Shown here: positions 20,580 through 30,160 of the stretch, one piece after another
Layout of the letters: each line of letters opens with the position of its first letter
Numbering within the stretch: position 1 is the stretch's first letter
Source of the DNA: an uncultured Gemmatimonadaceae bacterium
GTDB taxonomy: Bacteria > Gemmatimonadota > Gemmatimonadetes > Gemmatimonadales > Gemmatimonadaceae
Direction: 5' to 3'
Length of the DNA: 64,000 nt
Assembly: GCA_963740355.1 (NCBI GenBank)
Contig: CAVUDW010000003.1
Location: 960,001 to 1,024,000 of the forward strand
Program-made: the position numbers and the translations under genes
The notes under the pieces: model-generated
Databases searched by the model: none
Told to the model about the DNA's origin: nothing
The model's input: only the letters and a program-made list of their open reading frames with translations

Positions 20580-21087
20580 CGATGGTCGTTTCCCGTCGAA
20601 TGAGCGCACGCTGGGCACCGGACCCAACGCTGATGATGACATTGATCTCGGCGCCGACCGGCCACTCCGGACCGCCGCGCAGGATGCACTCGATGGCGCC
20701 AGGCCCGTCGCCCGCTCGCTGCTCGGCAGGCCGCGCGCGGAACACCGAATCCGCGTACTGGAGATAGATGCCGTCGCACACGAGCACTTTCGGCAGGACC
20801 ACCCCGCCGCGCACCTGGACCGATACCATCAGGTCATGCACCGGTGATGCCGTTCCTGCCGTCGTCGCCGACGCCGTAGTGGGCATGAAGTCCCGCCACG
20901 CGTACACCGAGGCTTGCAGTGGGAGGTCGAGGGATGCGCTCACTGGCACCACACGCAACTCAGCCGCCGACAGCGCCTTCAGTGGTGCGAGCGGTGCATC
21001 ACCGCTCGCCGACCGATTGCATCCCAGCAGTGCCACCAGGCCGAGCAACACCGACAGGCGAGTAACGCCCGCACCCACAGCGATCAC
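20566..21087 (-). CDS. Hypothetical lipoprotein
   Basis: Lipobox LLGC; overlaps both neighbours. Confidence 0.7.
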   Translation of the reverse strand: MIAVGAGVTRLSVLLGLVALLGCNRSASGDAPLAPLKALSAAELRVVPVSASLDLPLQASVYAWRDFMPTTASATTAGTASPVHDLMVSVQVRGGVVLPKVLVCDGIYLQYADSVFRARPAEQRAGDGPGAIECILRGGPEWPVGAEINVIISVGSGAQRALIRRETTIDATS

Positions 21088-21458
21088 GTCGGCTCGGTCG
21101 TGACAGCGCCACCAGCGTCATTCCAGCCGCGCCAGCCACCCGCCATCGACAACACGTTGGTGTAGCCCATCTGCTGCAGTGCATCAGCGGCCAGCGCCGA
21201 TCGGAAGCCACCACCGCAATAGAGCACGATCGGTGCATCGACGTCGGGTACGGTTCGCTCGATGTCGCGCTCGATGATGCCCTTGCCCAGATGCTCCGCG
21301 CCCGTCACGTGCCCCGCAGCCCACTCGTTGTCCTCACGCACGTCGAACACGCGCGCGGCCTGTGTGCGCAGCAGCTCCTGCACATCGGCAGGCGAAATTT
21401 CACGGACGCGCGCCTGGACGGCGGCGACGTGAGCGAGAAATCGTGGGGTGTGATCCAT
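21084..21458 (-). CDS. Rhodanese-like sulfurtransferase
   Basis: DVREDNEWAAGH, LYCGGGFRSA, SMAGGWRGW. Confidence 0.95.
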   Translation of the reverse strand: MDHTPRFLAHVAAVQARVREISPADVQELLRTQAARVFDVREDNEWAAGHVTGAEHLGKGIIERDIERTVPDVDAPIVLYCGGGFRSALAADALQQMGYTNVLSMAGGWRGWNDAGGAVTTEPT

Positions 21459-21674
21459 GCAGCGGTACTGGTGAGGGACCGTGCAGTGTAGTGCTTTCGG
21501 GACGGTGCAGCCAGTGGAGCGCAGACGCCGTCCCGCTGGGTGCCACCAGTCTTTGCACGGCCGCGGAAAATCTCACGGCCCGCCGATCACGCGGTACCGC
21601 AGGCGCGGTACCGTAAGCTCACTACCGCGTTCGCACTGCGGCACGCGCACTACCGTACACGTACGGCAGAGCAG

Positions 21675-22202
21675 TTACCGCCGACGCGCGTGATTGTAGC
21701 GCACGCGGGCAGGGGGCAGATGCGTTTTCGAGTCGAGGGCCTCGAACAGCCCCCACACTGTGGCCACCAGCATCACCAGGAAGCCAAAGCCGCGTGCGAG
21801 CTGTGCGTACTGCACCGCGTGGGTCAGCACCCCCCACTGATCGAAGAGCAGATTCCAGTCATGCTCGCCGCCGCCGACGAGTGGGAGCTCCATCGGCTGC
21901 GCGTCGGCCATGTAGGAGCTGATGCTGACGAAATTCTGGCCGACCCACCAGATGCCGATGCTGGCGGCGTGTTCGTCTCGCTGCACCGTGAAATAGGCCG
22001 CGAAAGCCAGCGGCAGCAGTAACTGGAGGAAGGTGCCGCCCAGCAGCTGGAGCGTGTCGCCGAAGGGCGCGAAGACGATATGCCCCGTCTCGTGCACCGG
22101 CAGGTTGATGTTGTCGATGAAGGACCACGACGCCGGCGATGCCAGAATGGCGACGCCGTACACAGCCAACGCGATCGTCAGGCCGACCCGGAATTGACGC
22201 AT
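21675..22202 (-). CDS. Membrane protein with HExxH motif (M50B-like metallopeptidase)
   Basis: VHETGH, GGTFLQLLLP, YMADA, HDWN plus TM segments. Confidence 0.75.
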   Translation of the reverse strand: MRQFRVGLTIALAVYGVAILASPASWSFIDNINLPVHETGHIVFAPFGDTLQLLGGTFLQLLLPLAFAAYFTVQRDEHAASIGIWWVGQNFVSISSYMADAQPMELPLVGGGEHDWNLLFDQWGVLTHAVQYAQLARGFGFLVMLVATVWGLFEALDSKTHLPPARVRYNHARRR

Positions 22203-22398
22203 ATACCCCTCGGTGTCCGCTCTTCCCCGCGGAAAGACGGATCGGGCTTCCAGATGTCACTCTGGCGCCCGACGCTTCCCCTCCAACCCCACCTTAGAAT
22301 GCTGCAAACGGCGGGCCAGCAGCCTCTGCCTTGGGAGGTCGTCTGGTGCGGTCGCAGGTGGGAACCGGGGGCCTGCATTAGTGGTTAATCATGGTCTA

Positions 22399-22609
22399 TT
22401 GACGGATCGCCGACTCGACTATACGGTTATGGCGCTGTGCTCCGCGTCGAGTTGACGCGGGCTGGGTTCGGTCCACGGGTCCGCCAGCGCGGACCCGTCG
22501 TCGTACACCAGCGCTCTTTCGTGGGGGCAGTGTCTGTCCACGAGTCCCGTTGTCGGTCAGTGCCGGGTTGCCGGACTCCGACGCGATCAATCCACAGGAG
22601 TCTGTAGCA
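22399..22609 (+). promoter_or_regulatory. Promoter and long structured 5' UTR of the cold-shock gene
   Basis: TTGACG-17-TACGGT at 22399-22427; hairpins at 22442-22460 and 22475-22498; AGGAG RBS. Confidence 0.55.
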
Positions 22610-22822
22610 ATGCGTACGACCGGCACCGTGAAGTGGTTCAATGACGCCAAGGGTTTTGGTTTCATCACCCCGGCCTCTGGCGGAAAGGACTGCTTCGTCC
22701 ACCACTCTGCCATCCAGATGAAGGGTTTCAAGACCCTGGCGGAAGGCGAGCAGGTTGAGTTCGACATCGTCGAGGGCGCGAAGGGCCCCGCGGCAGAGAA
22801 CGTCACGAAGGCATCGCGCTAA
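22610..22822 (+). CDS. cspA: Cold-shock protein
   Basis: [15 protein letters not shown] (RNP1) and FVHHSAI (RNP2). Confidence 0.97.
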   Translation: MRTTGTVKWFNDAKGFGFITPASGGKDCFVHHSAIQMKGFKTLAEGEQVEFDIVEGAKGPAAENVTKASR

Positions 22823-22856
22823 GCGACGTTGTCGGCCTCCTCGGGAGGTCGTCACA

Positions 22857-22897
22857 CGAAGGGCTGGTTCGCTTTGCGAACCAGCCCTTCGCGCTTT
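22857..22897 (+). terminator. Hairpin terminator after cspA
   Basis: Perfect 16-bp stem CGAAGGGCTGGTTCGC-TTT-GCGAACCAGCCCTTCG. Confidence 0.75.
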
Positions 22898-22999
22898 CCC
22901 TGACCCGGCACTGAACAGCCGGACAGGTTAGGTTTCATGTCTGTCGAGCGGCTCCCCTCCCCGGGAGGCCGTGTTTCGTATTCCGTCTGATAAGGGTGT

Positions 23000-23221
23000 A
23001 TGGCCAAGGAAGAAGCACTGCAACTCGAAGGAACCGTGAGCGAAGTCCTGCCAAGCGCCATGTTTCGCGTTTCGCTCGACAATGGACACACGGTGCTCGC
23101 CACCATCGGTGGCAACCTGCGCCGCTTTCGCATTCGCGTGCTCGCCGGCGACCGCGTCACGCTCGAAGTGTCGCCGTACGACCTGACGCGCGGACGGATC
23201 GTCTACCGCCACAAGAACTGA
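23000..23221 (+). CDS. infA: Translation initiation factor IF-1
   Basis: [18 protein letters not shown]...[10 protein letters not shown]...[13 protein letters not shown]. Confidence 0.97.
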   Translation: MAKEEALQLEGTVSEVLPSAMFRVSLDNGHTVLATIGGNLRRFRIRVLAGDRVTLEVSPYDLTRGRIVYRHKN

Positions 23222-23233
23222 CCTGCCCGGCGC

Positions 23234-24469
23234 GTGGCGGCGTCCTTCCCTCTGTCCACGCGCACGACCGGATCACTTCGCCTCCGACTCGCCCTGCTCC
23301 TCTTCGGCGAGTTCGCGATCTGGGGGCTCTGGTTCGTTTCGATCGGTAGCTGGCTCGGCGCGACACTGAAGTTCAGCGGCCCACAGATCGGCATGATCTA
23401 CGGCACGCTCGCGATCGCCGGCCTCATCACTCCGATGCTCGGCGGTGCCATCGCCGATCGCCTCGCACATTCCGAACGACTGCTCGCGCTGCTGCACGGC
23501 GTCGGCGGCGTGTTGTTGATCGTGGCTTCGCGACAAACCACGTTCGGCGCGATCTACATCGCGATTCTGCTCTACTCGCTCTGCTACCTGCCGACGCTGG
23601 CGCTGGCACCATCGCTCGTCCTGCGCCACCTGCTCTCTCCCGCCGCGGAGTTCCCCATGCTGCGGGCACTCGGCACCGTCGGATGGATCGTCGCCGGTCT
23701 CATCGTCGGGGTGCTTGGCCTCGAGCTCTCGCCCGTTCCGATGCAGCTCGCCGGAATCACGTCACTGATCTTCGCGGCCTACTGTCTCACACTCCCCGCC
23801 ACGCCACCACTGCGACGTGATGCGCCGCGCAGCCTGGGCACGCTCCTCGGCTTCGATGCGCTTGCCCTCATGCGCGACCCGATCTTCGCCCTGTTCGTGT
23901 TCGCGACGATCGTGCTCAGCGTGCCGAACCAGTTCTACAATGCGTTCGCGGCCCTCTACCTGACGGAGCTGCATGTCCCGCATCCCGCGATGCTGCTCAC
24001 ACTCGGGCAGGTCACGGAAGTATTCGTGCTCTTCCTTCTGCCGCGTATTCATCGGCGACTGGGTTCGCGGCGTGTGCTCCTGATCGGCGCTGCGACATGG
24101 GCCCTGCGCACGCTCCTCTTTTCGATTGGAGCCAGCGGCAACGTGTTCGTCATCTACCTTGGCATCGTCGTGCACGGCATCGCCTACGGTTGCATCTACA
24201 TCAACGGCCAGCTGATGGTGCACGAGCGCGCACCACCGGAGATGCGTGCCGCGGCGCAGGGATTCATGGCTGTCGCGACGATGGGATTCGGCAACCTCGT
24301 CGGCGCCTGGATCGCTGGACGTTCGGTCGAGCACTACGCCATCGCGAGCGGCGCCCACAGCTGGAGTGACATCTGGATCGTTCCCGCTGCCGTGTCCGCC
24401 GCCGCCGTGGTCGGCGTCATGCTCAGCGCACGAATCAAGGACACCCCTGCCCCGTCCGGTCGCACCTGA
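23234..24469 (+). CDS. Nucleoside:H+ symporter, MFS (NupG/XapB-like)
   Basis: FAIWGLW, IADR, FPMLRALGTVGWI, GQVTE, HGIAYG; about 12 TM. Confidence 0.88.
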   Translation: MAASFPLSTRTTGSLRLRLALLLFGEFAIWGLWFVSIGSWLGATLKFSGPQIGMIYGTLAIAGLITPMLGGAIADRLAHSERLLALLHGVGGVLLIVASRQTTFGAIYIAILLYSLCYLPTLALAPSLVLRHLLSPAAEFPMLRALGTVGWIVAGLIVGVLGLELSPVPMQLAGITSLIFAAYCLTLPATPPLRRDAPRSLGTLLGFDALALMRDPIFALFVFATIVLSVPNQFYNAFAALYLTELHVPHPAMLLTLGQVTEVFVLFLLPRIHRRLGSRRVLLIGAATWALRTLLFSIGASGNVFVIYLGIVVHGIAYGCIYINGQLMVHERAPPEMRAAAQGFMAVATMGFGNLVGAWIAGRSVEHYAIASGAHSWSDIWIVPAAVSAAAVVGVMLSARIKDTPAPSGRT

Positions 24470-24502
24470 GCCGACGCCCCCAGAGCACTGCGACCGCGTG
24501 CG

Positions 24503-26521
24503 CTACGGCGCAGTGGATGCCGACACTCGCGTGAAATCAGGCAGCGGGTCACCGAAGATGTAGTGATTGAACCATCCAAGGTTGTGCTGCATCACCGCAC
24601 GCTGCGACTTGGGCTTGGTGATGCCATGTCCGTAGCCCTTGTACACGATCATCTCCACCGGCACGTTGCGATCTTCCAGTGCCTGCCGGAGCTGATAGGC
24701 ATTGGCGATCGGCACACGGCGATCCAGTTCGCCATGCTGAATCAGCGTCGGCGTCTTCGCGTTCTTGACGTAGTCGATCGGCGACGTCTTGGCGTAGATC
24801 GCGGGGTCTGCGACCGGATCGGCGCCGAGATAGTTCACCGTGAACGGCGTGATGTCGGTGTTGTAGTAATAGGTGCGCCAGTCGGAGATGCCTGCGCCGA
24901 CGGACGTCGCCACGAAGCGTGTGCTGCTGGTGGTGAGGAAGGCCGAGATGTAACCACCCTGGCTCCACCCCATCGACGCCACTCGCGCGGGATCGACGAA
25001 CCCCTTCGCGACCAGCGCATCGACACCGCTGATCACGTCCCACGCATCACCGACGCCAAGGTTGCGGTAGTTGAGCGCACGGAAGCGTTCACCATATCCT
25101 GCACTGCCGCGATAGTTGACCTTGAGCACCACGGCGCCCCGGTTCACCCACTCGTCCACCGGGTAATAGCGCGCATCCGGAAGTACTGGGCGATCGACGC
25201 CGGTCGGCCCACCATGAATCACGCAGAGCAACGGATACTTCTTCGTTGGATCGAAGTCGCGTGGCTTGATGAGGATGCCCTCGATCTCGGCGCCGTCGCG
25301 ACTCTTCCAGCGCACCACTTCGCGCGTGCCCAGTTTCCAGTCACGGATCTGCGCGCTCATGGCTGTCACTACACGTGGTGCGAATGACGCCAGCGGTGAG
25401 ACCGCAATTTCTGGCAGCGCCGTCGACGTGGCCACCGCGAACGCCACCGTCGCCTGGTCTCGACTCAGCGAGAAACCCGAGTAGATGCCACCATCCGGAC
25501 CTGATACGCGGGTGATCGCACCGCTCGCCGGGTCGACGACGAACAGTTGCGCCGCCGTCTTCTGCAGGCCGCTGAAATACACGCCACGCGTCCCCCAGTC
25601 CACGAAACTCGGCTGCTCGTCGAATTGCGCGGTGATGGCGCGGACCGCACCACCTTCTGCGCTCACCACGGCCAGTCGCGAGTTGCGGAAGAAGTTCTCC
25701 TTCACTTCACCCATCGCGGAGCTGAACACCAACTGCCTGCCATCCGGTGACCAGTGCGGATCGTTGTCCGCGCCGACCTGCGTGACCAGCGGCTTGATGC
25801 TGTTGTCCGCGAGCGTGAGCAGGTGGATGTCCGATGTGTTTCCCGCAATCAGGTCAGGCACCGTGGTGGCGCTGAAGGCGATGCGTGATCCATCGGGCGA
25901 CCATTCGAATCCAGCGACGCTGAACTTGGCGACGGCAGGTGTTCGCAGCGTGCCCGTCTGCGGTGCGGCGAGTGCGCTCGCCACGTCGATCGTGTAGAGG
26001 CCTTGCATGGTGTAGTCGCGCCGCACGACCTCGAATCCACCGAGGGTAGTATCGCGCGACTTCCGCGTGGCGGCGGCAGGGCTGGACGAAAACGCGATCA
26101 TCGCGCCGTCCGGGCGCCACGCATATCCCGAAACGCCACCAGCAGCATTTGTGAGCCGCACGGGCTCACCGCCGTCGACGGCCATCGCGAAGAGCTGTGG
26201 CCGCGACTCGACTCTGGTGCTGAGAAAGGTCAGCCACTTTCCGTCCGGCGACCATTGCACCTGCGACACGCCCGCCTCATGCCGCGTAAGCTGCGCCGAC
26301 ACGTTGGTACGCAGGTCGTGGACCCACAGCTGCGACACGAACGCATCCTGTGCCCAGTCCGTGTTGGTCACGAGAAACGCGACGCGTTGGCCGTCCGGTG
26401 CGAGGCGTGGGCTGCCGACCGACTTGAGCGACAACAGGCTGTCGATCGTCGGCACACGGGCGCCCGCCTGGGCGTACAGCGGGGCAGCGAGCAGGCAGAG
26501 CGAAAGAATCCGGCGCAGCAT
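24503..26521 (-). CDS. Secreted S9 family peptidase
   Basis: PD40 repeats; HGGP, GWSQGG, HGELDRRVP, GHG catalytic triad motifs; AGGAG RBS. Confidence 0.93.
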   Translation of the reverse strand: MLRRILSLCLLAAPLYAQAGARVPTIDSLLSLKSVGSPRLAPDGQRVAFLVTNTDWAQDAFVSQLWVHDLRTNVSAQLTRHEAGVSQVQWSPDGKWLTFLSTRVESRPQLFAMAVDGGEPVRLTNAAGGVSGYAWRPDGAMIAFSSSPAAATRKSRDTTLGGFEVVRRDYTMQGLYTIDVASALAAPQTGTLRTPAVAKFSVAGFEWSPDGSRIAFSATTVPDLIAGNTSDIHLLTLADNSIKPLVTQVGADNDPHWSPDGRQLVFSSAMGEVKENFFRNSRLAVVSAEGGAVRAITAQFDEQPSFVDWGTRGVYFSGLQKTAAQLFVVDPASGAITRVSGPDGGIYSGFSLSRDQATVAFAVATSTALPEIAVSPLASFAPRVVTAMSAQIRDWKLGTREVVRWKSRDGAEIEGILIKPRDFDPTKKYPLLCVIHGGPTGVDRPVLPDARYYPVDEWVNRGAVVLKVNYRGSAGYGERFRALNYRNLGVGDAWDVISGVDALVAKGFVDPARVASMGWSQGGYISAFLTTSSTRFVATSVGAGISDWRTYYYNTDITPFTVNYLGADPVADPAIYAKTSPIDYVKNAKTPTLIQHGELDRRVPIANAYQLRQALEDRNVPVEMIVYKGYGHGITKPKSQRAVMQHNLGWFNHYIFGDPLPDFTRVSASTAP

Positions 26522-26576
26522 CGTGAGCTCCTGTCGTGGAATTCGTGTCATCATCATTTCCTTCAAGATTTCCCGT

Positions 26577-26925
26577 CAAGATCTCTGACCCCTTGATCAC
26601 AGCCTAACTGCATACCGGATCGTCGCTTAGGCCCGGAAAAGTCGGACCAAGATCTCCGACCCCTTCAGACCAAGATCTCTGACCCCTTGATCGCGGCCTA
26701 ACTGCATGCCGGAACGTCGCTTAGGCCCGAAAAAGGCCGACCAAGATCTCTGACCCCTTCAGACCAAGATCTCTGACCCCTTGATCGCAGCCTAACTGTA
26801 TGCCGGAACGTCGCTTAGGCCCGAGAAAAGCCACACCAAGATCTCTGACCCCTTGATCGTAGGCTAACTGCATGCCGCACAGTCACTTAGGCCCGAAAAT
26901 GGCCGACCAAGATCTCTGACCCCTT
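26577..26925. repeat. Composite tandem array: 7 copies of CAAGATCTCTGACCCCTT separated by long hairpin-bearing or short linkers
   Basis: Copies at 26577, 26648, 26671, 26742, 26765, 26837 and 26908 (periods 71, 23, 71, 23, 72, 71). Confidence 0.95.
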
Positions 26926-26942
26926 CCTTGATCGTCGCCCTG

Positions 26943-27566
26943 CTACGCGGCGCCTGACGCGATCGCTGCCGCCTGCGACTTCTCCGCCCGCAGCCACTCG
27001 CGCCAGCCCTGCGCCGCGAACCCGAGCAGGATGAGGTAAATCAGCGCCGAGACCCAGAGCGATTGCCGCGGCAACAGCCAGAAGGCATACAGCGCATTCA
27101 CCAGCGCCCAGCAGAACCAGTGTTCGATCTTCTTGTGCGTCTGCAGGTACTGCCCGGTCACGCTCACGGCCGTGACCAGCGCGTCGATCATCGACTGCTG
27201 CGCCCCGGTGAACGACATCCCCCAGCCCAGCAACGCCGCCATCGGCAAGGTGGCCGCAATCCAGAGCAGTCGTGCACGGGTCGACAGCCGCGTGATGGGC
27301 AGGTCATCATGGTGCGTCGGCCCGGCCTTCATCCACACCCACCAGCCGTAGGCCTGCATCGGCAGGTAGTACAACACCTGCAACCCCGTGCTCGACCAAA
27401 GCTTCGACTGATAGAAGACGATGCCGTAAAGCACCACCGACGCGATGCCCCACGCCCACGTCCAGATGTTGTTGCGCACCAGCAGCCAGACATTCACCAG
27501 CGTCGCAATGGCCGCCGCAACTTCGAGGGGCGACAATTCGTGCAGCGCACGCTGCCAGTCGATCAC
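26943..27566 (-). CDS. pnuC: PnuC-family nicotinamide riboside/vitamin transporter
   Basis: LEVAA, NIWTWAWGI, LQVLYY...YGWWVW, DALVT, KKIEHW. Confidence 0.9.
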   Translation of the reverse strand: MIDWQRALHELSPLEVAAAIATLVNVWLLVRNNIWTWAWGIASVVLYGIVFYQSKLWSSTGLQVLYYLPMQAYGWWVWMKAGPTHHDDLPITRLSTRARLLWIAATLPMAALLGWGMSFTGAQQSMIDALVTAVSVTGQYLQTHKKIEHWFCWALVNALYAFWLLPRQSLWVSALIYLILLGFAAQGWREWLRAEKSQAAAIASGAA

Positions 27567-28264
27567 GCCGCCTCGCAGTGCAACAGCAACGACAATGGTG
27601 ATCCCGTAGACGGGTGCAACGGTTCGTCAAGCCGCACGATGCGAAGCCCGGCCAGTGCAAGCTGCTCCTGCCACGCTCCCATGGTGCGATAGAACCACGG
27701 CATCGGCGTCGGGAACGACACGGCGAACGCGTCGAAGGCCTCGGTGCGCCATTCGCTGCGATATGGAGCGTCGCCCCGCGCGCTCCACGGGTGCACGCTC
27801 TGGATCACCAGCGTACCGGCAGGCGCCAGTCGGGTCCGCAAGGCTGAGAGCAGCGGGTGCACCGGCTCTGCGAGAAGCGCGAAATTGCAGACGATGCCGC
27901 GCCAAGGCCCGGCCGCAACGGCGGGATCGCGTTCGATCTGATCGTACGTCGCAACCGCGAATGTGCCACCGCCAAGGGCGCTCGCCTGCTCGATCAGCGG
28001 CGCGCTGACATCTACCCCCGTGGCATGTATTCCACGGGCACCGAGTGCGCGCACCAACCAGCCTTCACCACAACCGACATCCAGCACCGGCCCGGGTGCA
28101 AGGCGCATGCAGGCGTCAACGATGGCGGCGTCGGTGCCCGCCTGGCGACTCGGGATCAATCCGTCGCGTACCACCTGCGTCCATGCCGAGGCATTGTCGG
28201 TCCAACTGCGCACGATCTGGTCATGCGGGGTGTGCTCGCCCGGTGTCGACATCTCGTGGTTCAT
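27563..28264 (-). CDS. Class I SAM-dependent methyltransferase
   Basis: VLDVGCGEG and GVDVS motifs. Confidence 0.9.
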   Translation of the reverse strand: MNHEMSTPGEHTPHDQIVRSWTDNASAWTQVVRDGLIPSRQAGTDAAIVDACMRLAPGPVLDVGCGEGWLVRALGARGIHATGVDVSAPLIEQASALGGGTFAVATYDQIERDPAVAAGPWRGIVCNFALLAEPVHPLLSALRTRLAPAGTLVIQSVHPWSARGDAPYRSEWRTEAFDAFAVSFPTPMPWFYRTMGAWQEQLALAGLRIVRLDEPLHPSTGSPLSLLLHCEAA

Positions 28265-28743
28265 GCGCCGTGATCCGGCAGCTTGATCACGCGATCCTGC
28301 GGAGGATCGATGCGCACCGTGGCGGTTGCCACGAAGATCTCCTGCAGGAACGACACCAGGCCACCCAGCAGCGACACCATCGCGAGGATGAAGAGCCCTG
28401 CGATCCAGCGCGAGCCGTTCACGTCGAGCAATGCCGAGACGAACAACGTCAGGATCAAGAGGCAGATCAACATTGCGCAGACAGTGCAGAGTGTGATCGC
28501 ACGATTCGAGAGTCGCGAGCGGTGTGACAGGACGGCGAGGCGATCGCGCATCGCGTGCCGCTCCTCGCCGGCGGGAAGGTCGTGATAGTCCTTCTCGAAC
28601 TGGCGGGCCCGATCGATCACGCGTGCCAGGCGGCTGGTCAGCACGTTCAGCATCGCGGCGACACCGGACAACAGAAAAACCGGCGCCACCGCCTGTTGAA
28701 TGACGTGCGCGATATCGGTCGGCTGGGGAGTCGTCTGCAGCAT
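28261..28743 (-). CDS. DUF2721 membrane protein
   Basis: IQQAVAPVFLLSG...RLARVIDRAR...FLQEI. Confidence 0.88.
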   Translation of the reverse strand: MLQTTPQPTDIAHVIQQAVAPVFLLSGVAAMLNVLTSRLARVIDRARQFEKDYHDLPAGEERHAMRDRLAVLSHRSRLSNRAITLCTVCAMLICLLILTLFVSALLDVNGSRWIAGLFILAMVSLLGGLVSFLQEIFVATATVRIDPPQDRVIKLPDHGA

Positions 28744-28752
28744 GCCTGCCCG

Positions 28753-29976
28753 CTACTCGCTTCTGGATCGTGGCGTTCGACGCGGCGCCGGCGCCACCTC
28801 CACCGCATCCTTCCGCACATCGAGTGCGGCCACCTCGTCATCGGTCAGGCGACGCCAGGCGCCCTTCGCCAGCTCGCCAAGCGCCAGTCCACCGATCGCC
28901 ACGCGTACCAGGCGCAGAACTTCGATCCCGTGCGCCTCCAGCATCCGGCGGATCTGCCGGTTGCGCCCCTCGTCGAGATCGATCACCAGCCATCCGTGCC
29001 GTTCGCCGGAACGCAGCACCTCGACGCGGACAGCCGACAGCCTCTCACCATCTTCATCCGGGACGCCACCGCGCAGCGACTGCACCAGCGCCTCATCCGG
29101 AACGCGATCGATCTGGACATGGTACGTCTTGCGCACATGCGAGTCCGGCGCGATGACGGCGTTGCCCCACTGCGTGTCGTTGGTGAACAGCAGCAGTCCC
29201 TCGCTCGCCTGGTCGAGTCGGCCAACTGGCCCGAGGAACGGCAGCGTCGGATCGCTGATGCTTTCGTACACCGTGGCGCGCCCACGTGGATCGCTTCGCG
29301 TGGTGAGTTGCCCGCGCGGCTTGTTGAGCATCACGTAGGTCAGGTCAGCGGCCTGCACTTCCACCTTGTCGAGCGTGATGACGTCGGTCTCCGGCACGAC
29401 ACGCCAGGCGATGTCGGTCACGCGACGGCCATTCACTTTCACACGGCCCTCGCGCACCGCCTGTTCCGCCTGCGACCGCGAACAGATGCCGAGCTTCGAC
29501 ATCGCGCGCGCCACGGTGACAGTGTTCTTCGGGTTCGCGCCCTTGGCACCCGGCCCCGCGGGCCCAGCGGCTTTCCGCCCGGCACCCTTCGGCGCCCCGG
29601 TGCCACTCCTTGGACGCGAGAAGTGCGCTTCTGCGGCTGCCTCCAACGAGCCGTCATCCGCGCTGACGTCCCGAACCCAGCCTCGCGCCGGACCAGCAGC
29701 CTTCGAGCCGCTGCGCGCGGTGCCACCACGCTTCGCTCCGCCGCTCGTCGGGGCACCTTTCTTCGCGGCACCCTTCTTCGGGCCACCCTGCTTCGGGCCA
29801 CCACTCTTGAACCCACCGCTCTTCGGCCCACCAGCCTTGGCGCCGCCGCTCGTCGCCCCGCCCTTCTTGGGACCACGGCGACCGGCGGCGGGTCGCGCCT
29901 GACCGATGTGACCAGAGGCCGCGGGACGACGCGCGGAGGAGCCGGGGCGAGATGAGCGTGAAGGCATAGGCGTCAA
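28753..29976 (-). CDS. RsuA/RluB-family pseudouridine synthase with a long low-complexity N-terminus
   Basis: S4 domain (SRSQAE...GRVKVNG), NKPRG, VGRLDQASEGLLL, EGRNRQIRRM. Confidence 0.93.
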   Translation of the reverse strand: MTPMPSRSSRPGSSARRPAASGHIGQARPAAGRRGPKKGGATSGGAKAGGPKSGGFKSGGPKQGGPKKGAAKKGAPTSGGAKRGGTARSGSKAAGPARGWVRDVSADDGSLEAAAEAHFSRPRSGTGAPKGAGRKAAGPAGPGAKGANPKNTVTVARAMSKLGICSRSQAEQAVREGRVKVNGRRVTDIAWRVVPETDVITLDKVEVQAADLTYVMLNKPRGQLTTRSDPRGRATVYESISDPTLPFLGPVGRLDQASEGLLLFTNDTQWGNAVIAPDSHVRKTYHVQIDRVPDEALVQSLRGGVPDEDGERLSAVRVEVLRSGERHGWLVIDLDEGRNRQIRRMLEAHGIEVLRLVRVAIGGLALGELAKGAWRRLTDDEVAALDVRKDAVEVAPAPRRTPRSRSE

Positions 29977-30160
29977 AGATGATCGATACAGGCCTCGCGT
30001 GCGTCATTCCTTGCACCGCCCCTGAAAAACGGGACGCGTCGGTGTCGCGGCCGTGCGGCGCGTGAGTCGGAGTACATCGCCGTCTGCGCACGGCTCGTGA
30101 GGTGTGCAGCTCGTCAGCGAATGGGGGCGAGCGGGCGTAACATGTCTCGTGTCCCACTCC

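Noticed and set aside
21585..21680. Short GCGGTACCG / CACTACCG repeats
   Set aside because: They are too short and irregular to define an element.
26577..26925. CRISPR array
   Set aside because: The linkers are near-identical copies of two types rather than unique spacers, the repeat is only 18 bp, and there are no cas genes in the window.
16861..26925. Composite transposon bounded by the two inverted GGGGTCAGAG arrays
   Set aside because: There is no transposase inside, the interval holds housekeeping genes (infA, cspA), and the repeat units differ beyond the shared head.
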